A stretch of 64,000 nucleotides of DNA from Deinococcales bacterium (GCA_031414595.1 JANNVX010000067.1:23102-87101), one strand, 5' to 3'. Positions 9,896 to 22,133 are shown, numbered from the stretch's first letter. Translations and numbers: made by a program. Notes: generated by a model from the sequence alone, not told the origin.

Positions 9896-11629
9896 TTAGC
9901 TGTCTGGCTGCATCAGTAAATCAATAGCCGTTTTGTTCTCGCCAGCACTAATAGTGACGGTACTCGAGACTTGTGGTTCGTTGGCATCGAGTGCCGAGTT
10001 GCTATTTAAGTCGTTGTAAGCTGTTACTTTGTACGTTCCAGCCGGTAAATCGGTCAGGCTGTAATTAACCGCCGTTTTGGATAAGCTAATTTCAACTTGT
10101 TTGCTCAGACTTGCGTCGGTGGTATTGTCGGCACGAACAAAATTCTTGGTGACTTTAACCACTGGTGGTGGTGGTGGTGGAGTTGGAGTTGGTACATCTG
10201 TTCCTGGGTTTGCTGCTTCTTTGACTTTTTCTAAGGTTTTGGCAGCGTCCACTAACCCACTTCCACAAAAAGCATCACTCACGGCAGCGTTGCCATTGGC
10301 ACAATCGCCAGTCGCCAGCGCTTTGGCGTTACTTTTAAGAAAAGCTAGGGTTTTGGTGTAATTAAGCGTTGGGTCAATACCGACCATTAAACCAACCAAA
10401 CCAGCCACATGGGGCGAAGCCATGCTTGTGCCTTGGATACCGCCTAGGTTGAACTGATTGGTAACTTTGTTAAAGTAATTGCTGTAAACACCAGCTTCTT
10501 GGTCTGCGCCATTTACGTTAATTGACAATTCGGTGTCGCCACCAGGTGCCATCACATCAACTCGAGCGCCGAAGTTAGAATATCCAGCCCGTTTGTTGGT
10601 TGGTCCGGTTGCACCGACGGTAATCACATTGTTGCAATTGGCTGGCGATTTTGGCTTGCTGACATTTTCAGTTTCGTTGCCAGCCGCCACAACAATGATT
10701 TTCCCTTTGCCTGTCAGAAGGTTGTAGGCATCCTGCTCAAATTGTGAACAAGGGTTGTCACCGCCCAAGCTCATGTTGATTACTTTAGCGGGATTGGTGT
10801 TGGCAGGCACACCATCTATCGCTTCGCCACCAGCCCACAATACGCCTTCGGTTATATCAGTACCAGTGCCGCCACCCTTACCCAGCACACGGACATTGAG
10901 TAATTTGGCTGTCCAGTTGACCCCAGCCCCAAATAGTCCATTGTTGGTGGTAGCCCCCATCGTTCCAGCCACGTGCGTACCATGTAGACCGATGCGGTTG
11001 TCGTAGGGGTTGGCATCACGTCCATCACCGTCTTCGGCAGTTGCCGCTTCAGAGATAAAATCATAGCCAATGTTACTTGCCATGCGCCCAGCAAAATCTG
11101 GATGAGTTTTGGTGTCTGTATCGGTTAGATTATAAAGCATTCCGTCATCCACAACAGCCATGATGGTAGTAGCAACACCTGTGCTGATGTCCCAAGCGGC
11201 TGGTAAATTCATGGCGTTGTAATGCCATTGCACATTGAACTGTGGGTCGGTAGGAATAGCCAAAGCATGGTAACGATAATTGACTTCGGCATATTCAATA
11301 TCGCTACGGTTTGAAAGTTGCCGCACCATCTCGAGGGTTTGTTCAGCATTGGCGTTGGCACGAAATAAACTGGTTTTGGCTAAGCCTAAAGCCCGCACTC
11401 GAGCCAATTGCAAACCGCCAGCTTGCAAAGTAATGGCATTGGTGGCTTGAATTTTGCTCTTGAATTTAACGATTACTTCACCAGCCACAAAGTTATTTGC
11501 ACTGGATGGTTTGGTTGTACCGGGGCTGACCGTACCAGAAATCGAACCATTGCCACCGCCACCACAACTGATTAAGCCTATGGTTAGCGCACTAAGAACA
11601 GAGAGGGTTTGAACGACATGTTTTTTCAT
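9896..11629 (-). CDS. S8 subtilisin-family serine peptidase, lipoprotein
   Basis: Lipobox LISC; AVVDDG, HGTHVAG, GTSMASPHVAG; Pro-rich linker. Confidence 0.95.
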   Translation of the reverse strand: MKKHVVQTLSVLSALTIGLISCGGGGNGSISGTVSPGTTKPSSANNFVAGEVIVKFKSKIQATNAITLQAGGLQLARVRALGLAKTSLFRANANAEQTLEMVRQLSNRSDIEYAEVNYRYHALAIPTDPQFNVQWHYNAMNLPAAWDISTGVATTIMAVVDDGMLYNLTDTDTKTHPDFAGRMASNIGYDFISEAATAEDGDGRDANPYDNRIGLHGTHVAGTMGATTNNGLFGAGVNWTAKLLNVRVLGKGGGTGTDITEGVLWAGGEAIDGVPANTNPAKVINMSLGGDNPCSQFEQDAYNLLTGKGKIIVVAAGNETENVSKPKSPANCNNVITVGATGPTNKRAGYSNFGARVDVMAPGGDTELSINVNGADQEAGVYSNYFNKVTNQFNLGGIQGTSMASPHVAGLVGLMVGIDPTLNYTKTLAFLKSNAKALATGDCANGNAAVSDAFCGSGLVDAAKTLEKVKEAANPGTDVPTPTPPPPPPVVKVTKNFVRADNTTDASLSKQVEISLSKTAVNYSLTDLPAGTYKVTAYNDLNSNSALDANEPQVSSTVTISAGENKTAIDLLMQPDS

Positions 11630-11746
11630 ATTTGAACCTCCAGCATTACTTTTACCACACGAAGACTACCAAAGTAGCATCACACAATTGTCAAATGAAA
11701 TTTTTCATTCACTTCTTGTAAGACAGATACTATCCAAAGTAGCGTC

Positions 11747-11811
11747 GCACCAGCGTCGCATGGGAATCTGCACCAGTCTCGCATGGGAATCTGCACCAGT
11801 CTCGCATGGGA
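11747..11811. repeat. Tandem 23-bp repeat (~2.8 copies)
   Basis: gcaccagtctcgcatgggaatct units at 11747, 11770 and 11793, no spacers. Confidence 0.9.
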
Positions 11812-11886
11812 TTTATCACAAAACAAAAAATGAACACGGCTTGGCTGCCCTGTGTGACTGCTGTGCAATTTAGGTATGCTTGCCAA

Positions 11887-13476
11887 ATGAAAACGATTTA
11901 CGATGCGCTGATTGTTGGTGGCGGACACAATGCCCTGACCTCGGCGGGATACTTAGCCAAAGCGGGTTATAAAGTTGCGGTCTTTGAGCGCCGTCATGTG
12001 ATTGGTGGGGCGGTCTGCACCGAAGACGATATTTTACCGGGGTACAAAATGGATGTCGGCTCTGGGGTGCATATCATGATTCATTTAACCCCTGTGGTTA
12101 AAGATTTGAACCTCGAGGAACATGGACTCGAGTATTTAGAAATGGACCCAATTGCTTACGCGCCACTCGAGGGCGGTGGCGGTTTTGGACTGTACAAAGA
12201 CTTAGAACGCACCTGTGAGGAAATCGCGGTCTTTAGCCCCAACGATGCTGCCGCCTACCGAAAATTTGTCAAATCTTGGGATGAATTTTCTGGCAAGCTC
12301 TTTAAGGCATTTCAGAAATCGCCCACGGCTTGGAACTTAATCTCGAGTTTCGCGGGTCGTAAACCCCCAGAAATAGACTTGCTGCTTGGGGTGATTCGTA
12401 GTTACGGGCATTATTTGCGCGGACACTTTGAACATCCGGGGGTGCGTTCGGCGCTGGCGTGGTTGGCAGCCCAGTCTGGTCCTGCGCCGCACGAGATTGG
12501 GGCTGGAGGATTTTTAATGTGGCACGCGGTGCTGCATAAATTTGGTGCAAAACGGGCGGTTGGTGGCAGTGGCGCACTGACCAAAGCCTTGCAAAAAAGT
12601 ATTGAACACATGGGCGGCGAAGTGTATCTGAATGCCCCTGTCAAAAAAATTGAACTCGAGGGCGGAAAAGCCAAGCGCATTATTCTCGAGGACGGGCGGG
12701 TATTTGAAGGGCGGGTAATTATTTCTGGGGCGCATGTGCAAACTACGCTCCTTGACTTGGTGGGCGCAGAAAATTTACCCAGTAACCTCGCTTGGAAAAC
12801 CGAGAATATCCGTGTCGGAAATGGCTTTGGACTGATTCACCGCTTCTCGAGTTCGACACTTCCCGAGTACGCTGGAGCGCCCGAACACGCCACCAATGGA
12901 ATGCAGCTTTTATGCCCCAGTCTCGAGTATTTAGAACAGGCTTTTCGGGATTACGACAATGGTCTGCCCAGTAAGAACCCAGCCGCGCTTGCCATGACGT
13001 TTACTAAGCTTGACCCAAGCCTTGCACCCCCAGACAAGCACCTGATTTACCTCTGGGGGCAGTACTACCCGTTTGAACGCTCCGATGGGCGCATCTGGGA
13101 TGCGAGCGCCGAAGCCGAAGAAGGCGCAAAACTCGAGGAGGTGCTGTTCAGGTATGCGCCAAATATGCGCGGCAGCATCGAAGGGCGGTTTACCCAGAGT
13201 CCGCTCGATTTAGAACGGCGTATTGGACTGCGTAAAGGTAACGTCATGCACCTCGAGATGGGTTTAGACCAAATGTTTAGTTTGCGCCCTTTGCCAGAAT
13301 TATCTGGTTATCGCACACCGATTCCGGGCTTGTACTTGTGCGGTGCAAGCACCCATCCGGGCGGCGGGGTCTTTGCCGCTTCGGGCAGGGCATCGGCGCT
13401 AGTGGCGATGTATGACCTCGAGGGCGGGGCTTTTGGACGCGCCAAGACGTGGATTGAACAAGCCCTGCAAAAGTAG
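11887..13476 (+). CDS. crtO: Phytoene desaturase-family FAD oxidoreductase, CrtO-like carotenoid ketolase
   Basis: IVGGGHNAL, FERRHVIGGA, GLYLCGASTHPGGGV; resembles Deinococcus CrtO from memory; TATGCT -10 box 6 nt before ATG 11887. Confidence 0.6.
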   Translation: MKTIYDALIVGGGHNALTSAGYLAKAGYKVAVFERRHVIGGAVCTEDDILPGYKMDVGSGVHIMIHLTPVVKDLNLEEHGLEYLEMDPIAYAPLEGGGGFGLYKDLERTCEEIAVFSPNDAAAYRKFVKSWDEFSGKLFKAFQKSPTAWNLISSFAGRKPPEIDLLLGVIRSYGHYLRGHFEHPGVRSALAWLAAQSGPAPHEIGAGGFLMWHAVLHKFGAKRAVGGSGALTKALQKSIEHMGGEVYLNAPVKKIELEGGKAKRIILEDGRVFEGRVIISGAHVQTTLLDLVGAENLPSNLAWKTENIRVGNGFGLIHRFSSSTLPEYAGAPEHATNGMQLLCPSLEYLEQAFRDYDNGLPSKNPAALAMTFTKLDPSLAPPDKHLIYLWGQYYPFERSDGRIWDASAEAEEGAKLEEVLFRYAPNMRGSIEGRFTQSPLDLERRIGLRKGNVMHLEMGLDQMFSLRPLPELSGYRTPIPGLYLCGASTHPGGGVFAASGRASALVAMYDLEGGAFGRAKTWIEQALQK

Positions 13477-13477
13477 G

Positions 13478-14629
13478 TCAAAAATCCGAACTTGCTCCGC
13501 CGCCACTGCTTTGACCGCCGCCTGAATTGCTGCCAGAACGATTATTTGATGCAGTCGAGGAAAAACCAGAACTCGAGTGCCGAGTGACATCAGATGTAAA
13601 GTTGCTTGGGTAAAACCTTGGTCGGTCTGAATGTCGCTCTAAGCGAGGCAGAATAATATCTTGTAAATCTTGGTGCTGACAGTGCGAGCAATGCCGCTCG
13701 AGCCGAGTTAAACCTTGCTGTGTTTGTGAAGCTGGAACGATTGGGGTTTTAGTTCCCGATAAGGTCTGATGTTGACAACTCGGACAGGTGCTGTAATTTG
13801 AAAACCAAGATTGCCGCCTGATAATTTCGTGGTTGTTGCACGTTTGACAATGCCAAATATCGTACTGAACACTGGAAAGACGTTCCTCGAGTTGTTGAGC
13901 GGCACTTAGGTACTCGTCGTCGGCTTGTTCAGATAATTTCTCGAGAACCGTTTGACAGTTCGGGCAGCGTTTTGGGCGACGTAGCGAACTAAAACCAGCC
14001 CAAGCACCCAGCAGCGTTAAACCTGCGCCTATCGGTAGCCACGGTGAAAATGGCTGGCTAGGTATCATGATTCTAGGGGTGTTACTAGGGCTTGGGGTCG
14101 GTACAGGTTTTGGCTTAGCCACAGCCGCAACTGGGCATAATTTGGGCAAGGACTGAATAATTTTTTGCGAACCCAAGACCATCCCAGCCCCATAACGGGC
14201 TTCCTTAAAAAGCGGCACAACTTGTTTCTCGAGAATTTGTTTCATTACAGGGTCGTAACAGCGCTTAAACCCAGACCCCAATTCGATGCGTAATTTGCGT
14301 TCTTTAATTGCTGCCACAAATAAGACCCCATCGTTACGCGATTTAGTACCGATGCCCCAACGGTTAAATAAATTGGTGCTAAACGATTCCCAAGTTGTGT
14401 TGGGTGTATCTAAATCCTTCCAACTTGGTAGGGTGAGGACAATTAACTCAGCCCCAGTTGAACGCTTAAACCAAGCGATGCTATCCATTAACGCCGTTTG
14501 ATCACGACTTGGTAAAATACCTGCTAAATCCTGAATACTGCCAGTTTTTTGTGGATAGGCAGCCAAGGCAGTTGAGGCGAACGAAACAATCAAAGAAACC
14601 AATCCCACCCCGACTCGAGTTCTTATCAC
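13478..14629 (-). CDS. TPM-domain membrane protein with C-terminal CxxC zinc ribbons
   Basis: LFNRWGIG..NDGVLF..RIELGSG; four CxxC pairs; GGGQSSGGGASSDF tail. Confidence 0.88.
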   Translation of the reverse strand: MIRTRVGVGLVSLIVSFASTALAAYPQKTGSIQDLAGILPSRDQTALMDSIAWFKRSTGAELIVLTLPSWKDLDTPNTTWESFSTNLFNRWGIGTKSRNDGVLFVAAIKERKLRIELGSGFKRCYDPVMKQILEKQVVPLFKEARYGAGMVLGSQKIIQSLPKLCPVAAVAKPKPVPTPSPSNTPRIMIPSQPFSPWLPIGAGLTLLGAWAGFSSLRRPKRCPNCQTVLEKLSEQADDEYLSAAQQLEERLSSVQYDIWHCQTCNNHEIIRRQSWFSNYSTCPSCQHQTLSGTKTPIVPASQTQQGLTRLERHCSHCQHQDLQDIILPRLERHSDRPRFYPSNFTSDVTRHSSSGFSSTASNNRSGSNSGGGQSSGGGASSDF

Positions 14630-14736
14630 AAACTACAATACGCGATTTTCGTCAAAAAGTTGCAAATGGCACAATTGACCAAAACTTGCCTTAAATTACC
14701 CTGCCAAAAGTCATACAATAAGCATAAACTAGGCAA

Positions 14737-16733
<1,997 letters not shown>

Positions 16734-17954
16734 TTAGCGCAGCATTTCAAGTGCCTTCTCGAGAATTTTGTCTTGACCACGGCTTAAAGCACCCATGTCG
16801 TCGAGCATTTCAATGTTTGGTGTAACAAATTCTGGATGTGGGATGCCGTCCAAGCTACTCGAGCGGGCAGCCGTAATCGCTAAGGTGCTGCCGTCTGGCA
16901 GGTTATACAAGCCGGTGCTGGTGTTGAGAACTCCGGCGGTGCGTTCCCCAAGTACCGTGGCACGTCTGGGGCGTTGCAAAAAGTAGGTCATGTACTCGGC
17001 AGCACTTCTCGAGATATGGTTGGTTAAGACCAGCACTGGTTTATTTTTATCAAAACGGGTGAATGGACTTAAGTTCCAAACAGCAAAACCATTACTTTTA
17101 AGGACTCCATCCCTAAATTCATAGCCACCAGAACCGTTTTTGCTCTCAAAAGTCGTCCCCACAGGTTCGGTAAACCCGCCAGCGCTGCCGATGCTTTCAA
17201 AAGCACTACCGCCACCACTACCACGCACATCCAAAATAATTGCTTTGGTGTTCAGGGCGGCGCGAATATGGTCTTGGACTCGAGCCGCCACCAATGGGGT
17301 CAGGTACTGATAAAAGGTAATAATCGCAATGTTATTGACAATTTCTAAGCTCGGCAACCAAGGACCTATTTTTTTAGGCTCAAGCCTGATGACCCTCGAG
17401 TCTGGCAATTCAAATAAAATACTGGGCGCACTGGCTTCTAGTTCAGTTATGGCAACCATCGCTTCAGCCGCATTCTTGAACCGATTTAAGTTGCCATTTG
17501 CACCGAGAATCACATCACCGCGTTTAATCCCAGCAAGGGCGGCGGGGCTGTTCTCGAGAACCCGTGTGACCACCAAGGCGGGAGCATCTGGTAACGGCGC
17601 GAATTTCATTCCAACCCCTAGAATTGCTTGGTTGGCTTGGTTGGCATTGAATTCTGCGCGGCGCAAGGCACTCATACGGAAGGTATGCCCGTCACCTAGG
17701 CTCGAGATGAGTTGATCTAAAATAGGTAAGGCTTCTTTATACTCGCAACTCGGTAAGTCTTTACAAACAGTTTCGAGTTTGTCTTTAGCAGTTTTTTCGA
17801 GGGCTGGTAAGTCAAACTTAGCAAAACCGGCATACTGACCAGCCAATAAATCTATGGCGCGTTCGATCAAAAATAGCCCTTGAGAGGGCGCTTGGGCGTA
17901 ACTCGAGACGGTAAAAGTCAGGAAGCAAAGACAAATCAGAGCAAGGCGTTTCAT
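16734..17954 (-). CDS. S41-family peptidase with PDZ domain, secreted
   Basis: LGDGHT, SPAALAGIKRGD, ILDVRGSGGG, SRSAAE, GERTAG. Confidence 0.88.
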   Translation of the reverse strand: MKRLALICLCFLTFTVSSYAQAPSQGLFLIERAIDLLAGQYAGFAKFDLPALEKTAKDKLETVCKDLPSCEYKEALPILDQLISSLGDGHTFRMSALRRAEFNANQANQAILGVGMKFAPLPDAPALVVTRVLENSPAALAGIKRGDVILGANGNLNRFKNAAEAMVAITELEASAPSILFELPDSRVIRLEPKKIGPWLPSLEIVNNIAIITFYQYLTPLVAARVQDHIRAALNTKAIILDVRGSGGGSAFESIGSAGGFTEPVGTTFESKNGSGGYEFRDGVLKSNGFAVWNLSPFTRFDKNKPVLVLTNHISRSAAEYMTYFLQRPRRATVLGERTAGVLNTSTGLYNLPDGSTLAITAARSSSLDGIPHPEFVTPNIEMLDDMGALSRGQDKILEKALEMLR

Positions 17955-18055
17955 AAAAATAGTCTACTGCCTGTTTCTCGAGAAGCATGAAAAAAACTTG
18001 TACTCAGTTCAGAAAATCGGTTATCCTGCTGCCCTTACACACAAGGAGGCAGGAC

Positions 18056-19096
18056 ATGCAGAAACGACTGGTTGGGGTGGCGCTGGCAGCAGCTTTTGGC
18101 ACAATGGTGTACGCGCAAGGTGGTTTTGCGGGTTGGCGCGAAATCAGTATTGCTGGTTTAGTCTGTTCCGATGGTAGCCCGTGGAAGTTCTATGCCACGA
18201 GGGGCGACACGCAAAAAGTCGTGGTGGATTTTCAGGGCGGCGGCGCATGTTGGGATTCGGTCAGTTGCGACCCAAAAAATGGCTTGTACAACCGTACCCT
18301 AAACAAAGGCGACCTTGATTACGCCCAAGGAATTTATAACAAAGGTAGCAATGCCAATCCATTCAAAGGCTGGTCACATGTGTTTGTTCCGTACTGCACA
18401 GGAGATTTGCACTGGGGCAACAGTGAACAAAAATACACCAGTGGAACAATTCAGCATAAAGGCGCAGCCAACGCCCAAGCCGCCCTCGAGTACACTTATA
18501 AAAACTTTCCTTTTGCCCAGAATGTTTTTGTGACTGGTTGCAGTGCTGGCAGTTACGGCGCAGCCATGTGGACACCGCACATCATGAAACACTACAACAA
18601 GGCTCGAGTGGCGCTGTTGGGTGACAGTGGCTTAGGAATTACCAGCCAAGGGTTTTCGGACATTGCAACCAAGGCTTGGAATCCGTCTGGCGCAATCCCA
18701 GATTTTATTCCAGAACTGGCAGCCCTGAAGTCTGACCCAAGTAAACTCCGGGTTGAAGCAATTTATAAAGCAGTTGCTAAAGCGTTTCCCAATAATAGTT
18801 TCGCCCAGTTTACGGCGAATACCGATAATGTCCAGATTTTCTTCCATGCGCTTGCCCTTGGTTTAGCTCAACCGACCCAAGCCTCGGCAACCCAATGGGT
18901 TCAGCAAGCCTTTGGCAGTCTGCTCGGGATTAAGGCAGTCACCCCAAATTATGCCAATTATGTTGCCCCTGGCGGCTCGCACTGCATTATTGGCAGCCCG
19001 AATTTTTACACCACCAAAGTTGGCGATAAACCACTGGTCAACTGGGTTAAGGAATTGATTAGCACCACACCAGCCGATGTGATTGCTCGTCCATAA
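18056..19096 (+). CDS. Pectinacetylesterase/Notum-family secreted hydrolase
   Basis: CSDGS, FQGGGACW, VPYCTGDLHWG, TGCSAG; AGGAGG before ATG 18056. Confidence 0.9.
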   Translation: MQKRLVGVALAAAFGTMVYAQGGFAGWREISIAGLVCSDGSPWKFYATRGDTQKVVVDFQGGGACWDSVSCDPKNGLYNRTLNKGDLDYAQGIYNKGSNANPFKGWSHVFVPYCTGDLHWGNSEQKYTSGTIQHKGAANAQAALEYTYKNFPFAQNVFVTGCSAGSYGAAMWTPHIMKHYNKARVALLGDSGLGITSQGFSDIATKAWNPSGAIPDFIPELAALKSDPSKLRVEAIYKAVAKAFPNNSFAQFTANTDNVQIFFHALALGLAQPTQASATQWVQQAFGSLLGIKAVTPNYANYVAPGGSHCIIGSPNFYTTKVGDKPLVNWVKELISTTPADVIARP

Positions 19097-19129
19097 GCAC
19101 GAATTCTCGAGTTGTGGCATTCTATTAAA

Positions 19130-19555
19130 ATGAATGCCATAACTTTTTTAATACCACTGACTTTTCTGATTGTTTTTTCTGTCATGTGGATGGGCGTGAT
19201 TTGGTTTATCTCGAGGTTTGGCTGGTTTGGTTTGGCATCCTATTGGCGCACCACAGATACGCCCACGGGAATGCTGTACTCGAGTGCGTCGGGTCGTATC
19301 GGCGCTCGGTACAACCACGTGCTAAAAATTTGGTTAGATGATAAGGGCTTATTTCTCGAGACTATTTGGTTATTTCGCCTTGGGCATGAACGCCTTCTGA
19401 TTCCGTGGGAGGATGTACTGGACATGAAACCGACACGGATTTTATGGCAAACTGGGGTTCGGCTCGAGTTGAAAAATGATAAGTCTTTTGTGCTTTATGG
19501 GGCAGTCAGTGTAGCGCTGCTCGAGTTGTGGACTCAAAAACCAGCTTTAGAATAA
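19130..19555 (+). CDS. Hypothetical membrane protein
   Basis: N-terminal TM helix, ISRFGW and LLIPWEDV motifs. Confidence 0.65.
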   Translation: MNAITFLIPLTFLIVFSVMWMGVIWFISRFGWFGLASYWRTTDTPTGMLYSSASGRIGARYNHVLKIWLDDKGLFLETIWLFRLGHERLLIPWEDVLDMKPTRILWQTGVRLELKNDKSFVLYGAVSVALLELWTQKPALE

Positions 19556-19562
19556 ATACTAC

Positions 19563-19582
19563 ATATTGACAATCATCAATAT
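19563..19582. promoter_or_regulatory. ArsR-type operator overlapping the -35 box of arsR
   Basis: atattga-N6-tcaatat; TTGACA(19566)-17 nt-TACACT(19589). Confidence 0.75.
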
Positions 19583-19600
19583 ATAATGTACACTCGAGCC

Positions 19601-19933
19601 ATGTCTGGGCTGATGCAACTCGAGCCAACAATGTCAGAAGCCCCTTTGGGTCTCGAGGGTATGGCATGGATTTTCAAAGCCCTTTCCGACCCTGCACGGC
19701 TTAAAATAATTATGTATTTGGCTTCGGATGCGGTTGGTTGTTGTGGCGATGGCATTTGTGGCTGTGATTTAGAGTCGGTGACAGGGCTTTCTCAACCGAC
19801 GATTAGCCATCATATGAAGTGCTTGGCTTCGGCTGGTTTGGTTGTGGCACAAAAACGCGGTAAATGGATGTATTACAGTTTGGACACTCGAGTTTTTGCG
19901 GCGGCTGGGGCTTATTTGACCCAGTGTTGCTAA
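19601..19933 (+). CDS. arsR: ArsR/SmtB-family metalloregulator
   Basis: FKALSDPARLKI, GCCGDGICGCDL, LSQPTISHHMK, C-terminal CC. Confidence 0.88.
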   Translation: MSGLMQLEPTMSEAPLGLEGMAWIFKALSDPARLKIIMYLASDAVGCCGDGICGCDLESVTGLSQPTISHHMKCLASAGLVVAQKRGKWMYYSLDTRVFAAAGAYLTQCC

Positions 19934-19947
19934 AAATTAGGTCAAAC

Positions 19948-19967
19948 ATATTGAAATGTATCAATGT
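19948..19967. promoter_or_regulatory. Second ArsR-type operator downstream of arsR
   Basis: atattga-N6-tcaatgt, same geometry as 19563-19582. Confidence 0.65.
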
Positions 19968-19979
19968 AAGGAGAAATGT

Positions 19980-20159
19980 ATGAACATTAACGAAATTCTA
20001 AATCACCAAGAACAAATTCGGCATGACGTTCGGATTGCCCATCTCGAGGAGTACACCCTTCTCGAGTGGTGGCAGGGCTTATGGCACAAAACCAGTGTCA
20101 AAATCCCCAAACCCCTCGCCCTAACCAGCGCCGAAGCTGCTTGCGCCTACACATGTTAA
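19980..20159 (+). CDS. Small hypothetical protein (59 aa) ending CxxxC
   Basis: AAGGAG SD before ATG 19980; fills the operon gap. Confidence 0.6.
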   Translation: MNINEILNHQEQIRHDVRIAHLEEYTLLEWWQGLWHKTSVKIPKPLALTSAEAACAYTC

Positions 20160-20173
20160 AAGGAGAATCATAT

Positions 20174-20674
20174 ATGTCAAACTTAGAAACGTTTTTAATC
20201 AATCTCGAGCCGCACCTTGAACACCCGATGGTCTTTGACCTTGGTAATGGGCAGCATGTGCCAGTTGGCTATCATGTCACCGAATTCAAAGCCCTCGAGT
20301 ATCACACCGTAGATTGTGGTGGTATGGAACACAAATTCCAAGAAACCGTGATTGAACTCTGGCGCACTGCCCTCGAGCTAGACCGTGATTTTATGAGCGT
20401 TGGCAAGTTCTTAAGTATTTATAAAAAAGTCAGTCCTAAAGTTAATTTTGCTACCCAAGCCGAACTGATTTTCTTGTATGGCGCTCAAGGACAACCAGCC
20501 GCACGCTACGCGGTTGCTAAACTCGAGCCTAAGAATGGTCAATTGATTGTACATCTCGAGCCAGACGGCGTGCGTTGCAAAAGTGCAGACCGCAAAGCTG
20601 ATGCGATACTGGATGGTTTACCCATAATTTCTGGATGTTGTACTCCAGTCAATTCGAGTAAGGTTTGTTGCTGA
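20174..20674 (+). CDS. DUF6428-like protein of arsenic clusters
   Basis: GYHVTEFK, VDCGG, ETVIELW; Cys-rich C-terminus; AGGAG SD. Confidence 0.75.
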   Translation: MSNLETFLINLEPHLEHPMVFDLGNGQHVPVGYHVTEFKALEYHTVDCGGMEHKFQETVIELWRTALELDRDFMSVGKFLSIYKKVSPKVNFATQAELIFLYGAQGQPAARYAVAKLEPKNGQLIVHLEPDGVRCKSADRKADAILDGLPIISGCCTPVNSSKVCC

Positions 20675-21576
20675 TGTTACGCCAAGCTACCCTCAGCGAC
20701 CTCGAGCTTCTAAAAGCTCATTTAAGCCAAGCTAAACTTGTTTTACAAAGCATCGAAGAACATTTAGAACATTTCTGGCTTTTATTTGATGGGGATGACC
20801 TAATCGCTTCGGCTGGTCTCGAGATTTATGGCGGCGTGGCGTTGCTTCGTTCGGTTGCTGTTAATGCTCATTGGCAGAATCAGGGTTTGGGTCAGCAAAT
20901 CCTACAAAAAATTCTCGAGTATGCCTCGAGCTTGGGCATACGAGAACTGGTACTGCTGACCGAAACAGCACCAAGTTACTTTGAGCGTTACGGTTTTAGG
21001 AAAATCGCTCGAGAACACGCCCCACAAGCCGTCAAAGCATCAACCGAATTTAAGGGTGCGTGTTCGGATAGTGCAATTGTTATGCGCCGCTTTCTGGTTC
21101 ACATCCGTACTGCCGAGCCAAAAGACGCTTTACAAATTACCCAGATTTATAACCAAGGCATCGAAGACCGAATCGCTACTTTTGAAAGCGAAGCTCGTTT
21201 GGAACAAGATATTCTCGAGTGGTTCAATCCAAACTATCCGTTTTTAGTGGCTGAACGTGACGGTCTGGTACTTGGTTTTATTCGCGCCTCGAGTTACCGC
21301 AGCCGAGCAAGTTATGCTCAAATTGCCGAGTACAGTGTTTATGTGGCTCGAGAAGCCCAAGGACAACGAATTGGTGATGCGCTGATGACCACTTTTATTC
21401 CAATTCTAAAAGAAAAAGGGTTTTCTAAGGTTCTCTCGAGAATCTTTCCGGAGAATACTGCTTCTTTGGCACTTTGCGCTAAACATGGCTTTAGAGTCGT
21501 TGGTGTCTATCAAAAACATGCCCAGCTAGACGGCGTTTGGCGTGATTGTGTAATCGTTGAACGGTTGCTCGTGTAG
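20674..21576 (+). CDS. Double GNAT acetyltransferase, ArsN2-like plus ArsN1/PAT-like fusion
   Basis: Domain 1 LLRSVAV, LLTETA..YF, STEFKGAC; domain 2 IYNQGIEDRIATFE, EYSVYV, LDGVWRD. Confidence 0.85.
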   Translation: MLRQATLSDLELLKAHLSQAKLVLQSIEEHLEHFWLLFDGDDLIASAGLEIYGGVALLRSVAVNAHWQNQGLGQQILQKILEYASSLGIRELVLLTETAPSYFERYGFRKIAREHAPQAVKASTEFKGACSDSAIVMRRFLVHIRTAEPKDALQITQIYNQGIEDRIATFESEARLEQDILEWFNPNYPFLVAERDGLVLGFIRASSYRSRASYAQIAEYSVYVAREAQGQRIGDALMTTFIPILKEKGFSKVLSRIFPENTASLALCAKHGFRVVGVYQKHAQLDGVWRDCVIVERLLV

Positions 21577-21586
21577 AATTTAGCAC

Positions 21587-22060
21587 ATGAAAAGATTCTT
21601 GCCCGTTTTAATCGCTGTTTTGTTTTGGTCTGGGGCTGCCCAAGCTCAGGAATTTGGTTTCCGTTTTGGTTTACAACTGCTGACCATTCCGGGTGTGCAA
21701 ATCGGCACAGAAATTAGTTTTGGTGATTGGGGTCTTGGCACACGGGCTTCGTTTGGGACAGTTATTTTTGTGTCTCGAGTCCAACTCGATGCCTATATGT
21801 TTATGCGAATTTCTGGTTCTTGGCAAAGTTATATGGGTTTTGGGGTGGCTGGGCTTACGGTGGTTGCCAATAACAGTTTATTTGATCTTCATGCTTTGTT
21901 TGGGGTGCGCTTGAACAATGGTTTTTATGCCGAAGTTGTACCAAGACTATTTTTTGGTTCGCCTTGTTCAGACACCTTTAATTGTACCTCTACAACTGGC
22001 TCGATTCGTGCCTTGGCGTATGGGATTGACTTTGGACTTGGTTTTTCTTGGCGCTTTTGA
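21587..22060 (+). CDS. Secreted protein, probable small outer-membrane beta-barrel
   Basis: Signal peptide ending AQA, alternating hydrophobic strands, terminal GFSWRF. Confidence 0.65.
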   Translation: MKRFLPVLIAVLFWSGAAQAQEFGFRFGLQLLTIPGVQIGTEISFGDWGLGTRASFGTVIFVSRVQLDAYMFMRISGSWQSYMGFGVAGLTVVANNSLFDLHALFGVRLNNGFYAEVVPRLFFGSPCSDTFNCTSTTGSIRALAYGIDFGLGFSWRF

Positions 22061-22133
22061 ATCGTGACAAAAAATACCAAGCAAAATAGCTGTTGGTGGG
22101 TTAGACTGTTCTGGAAGTGACAGGAGCTTTTTC

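Noticed and set aside
11747-11811. CRISPR array
   Set aside because: Units are contiguous with no spacers, and no cas genes are in the window.
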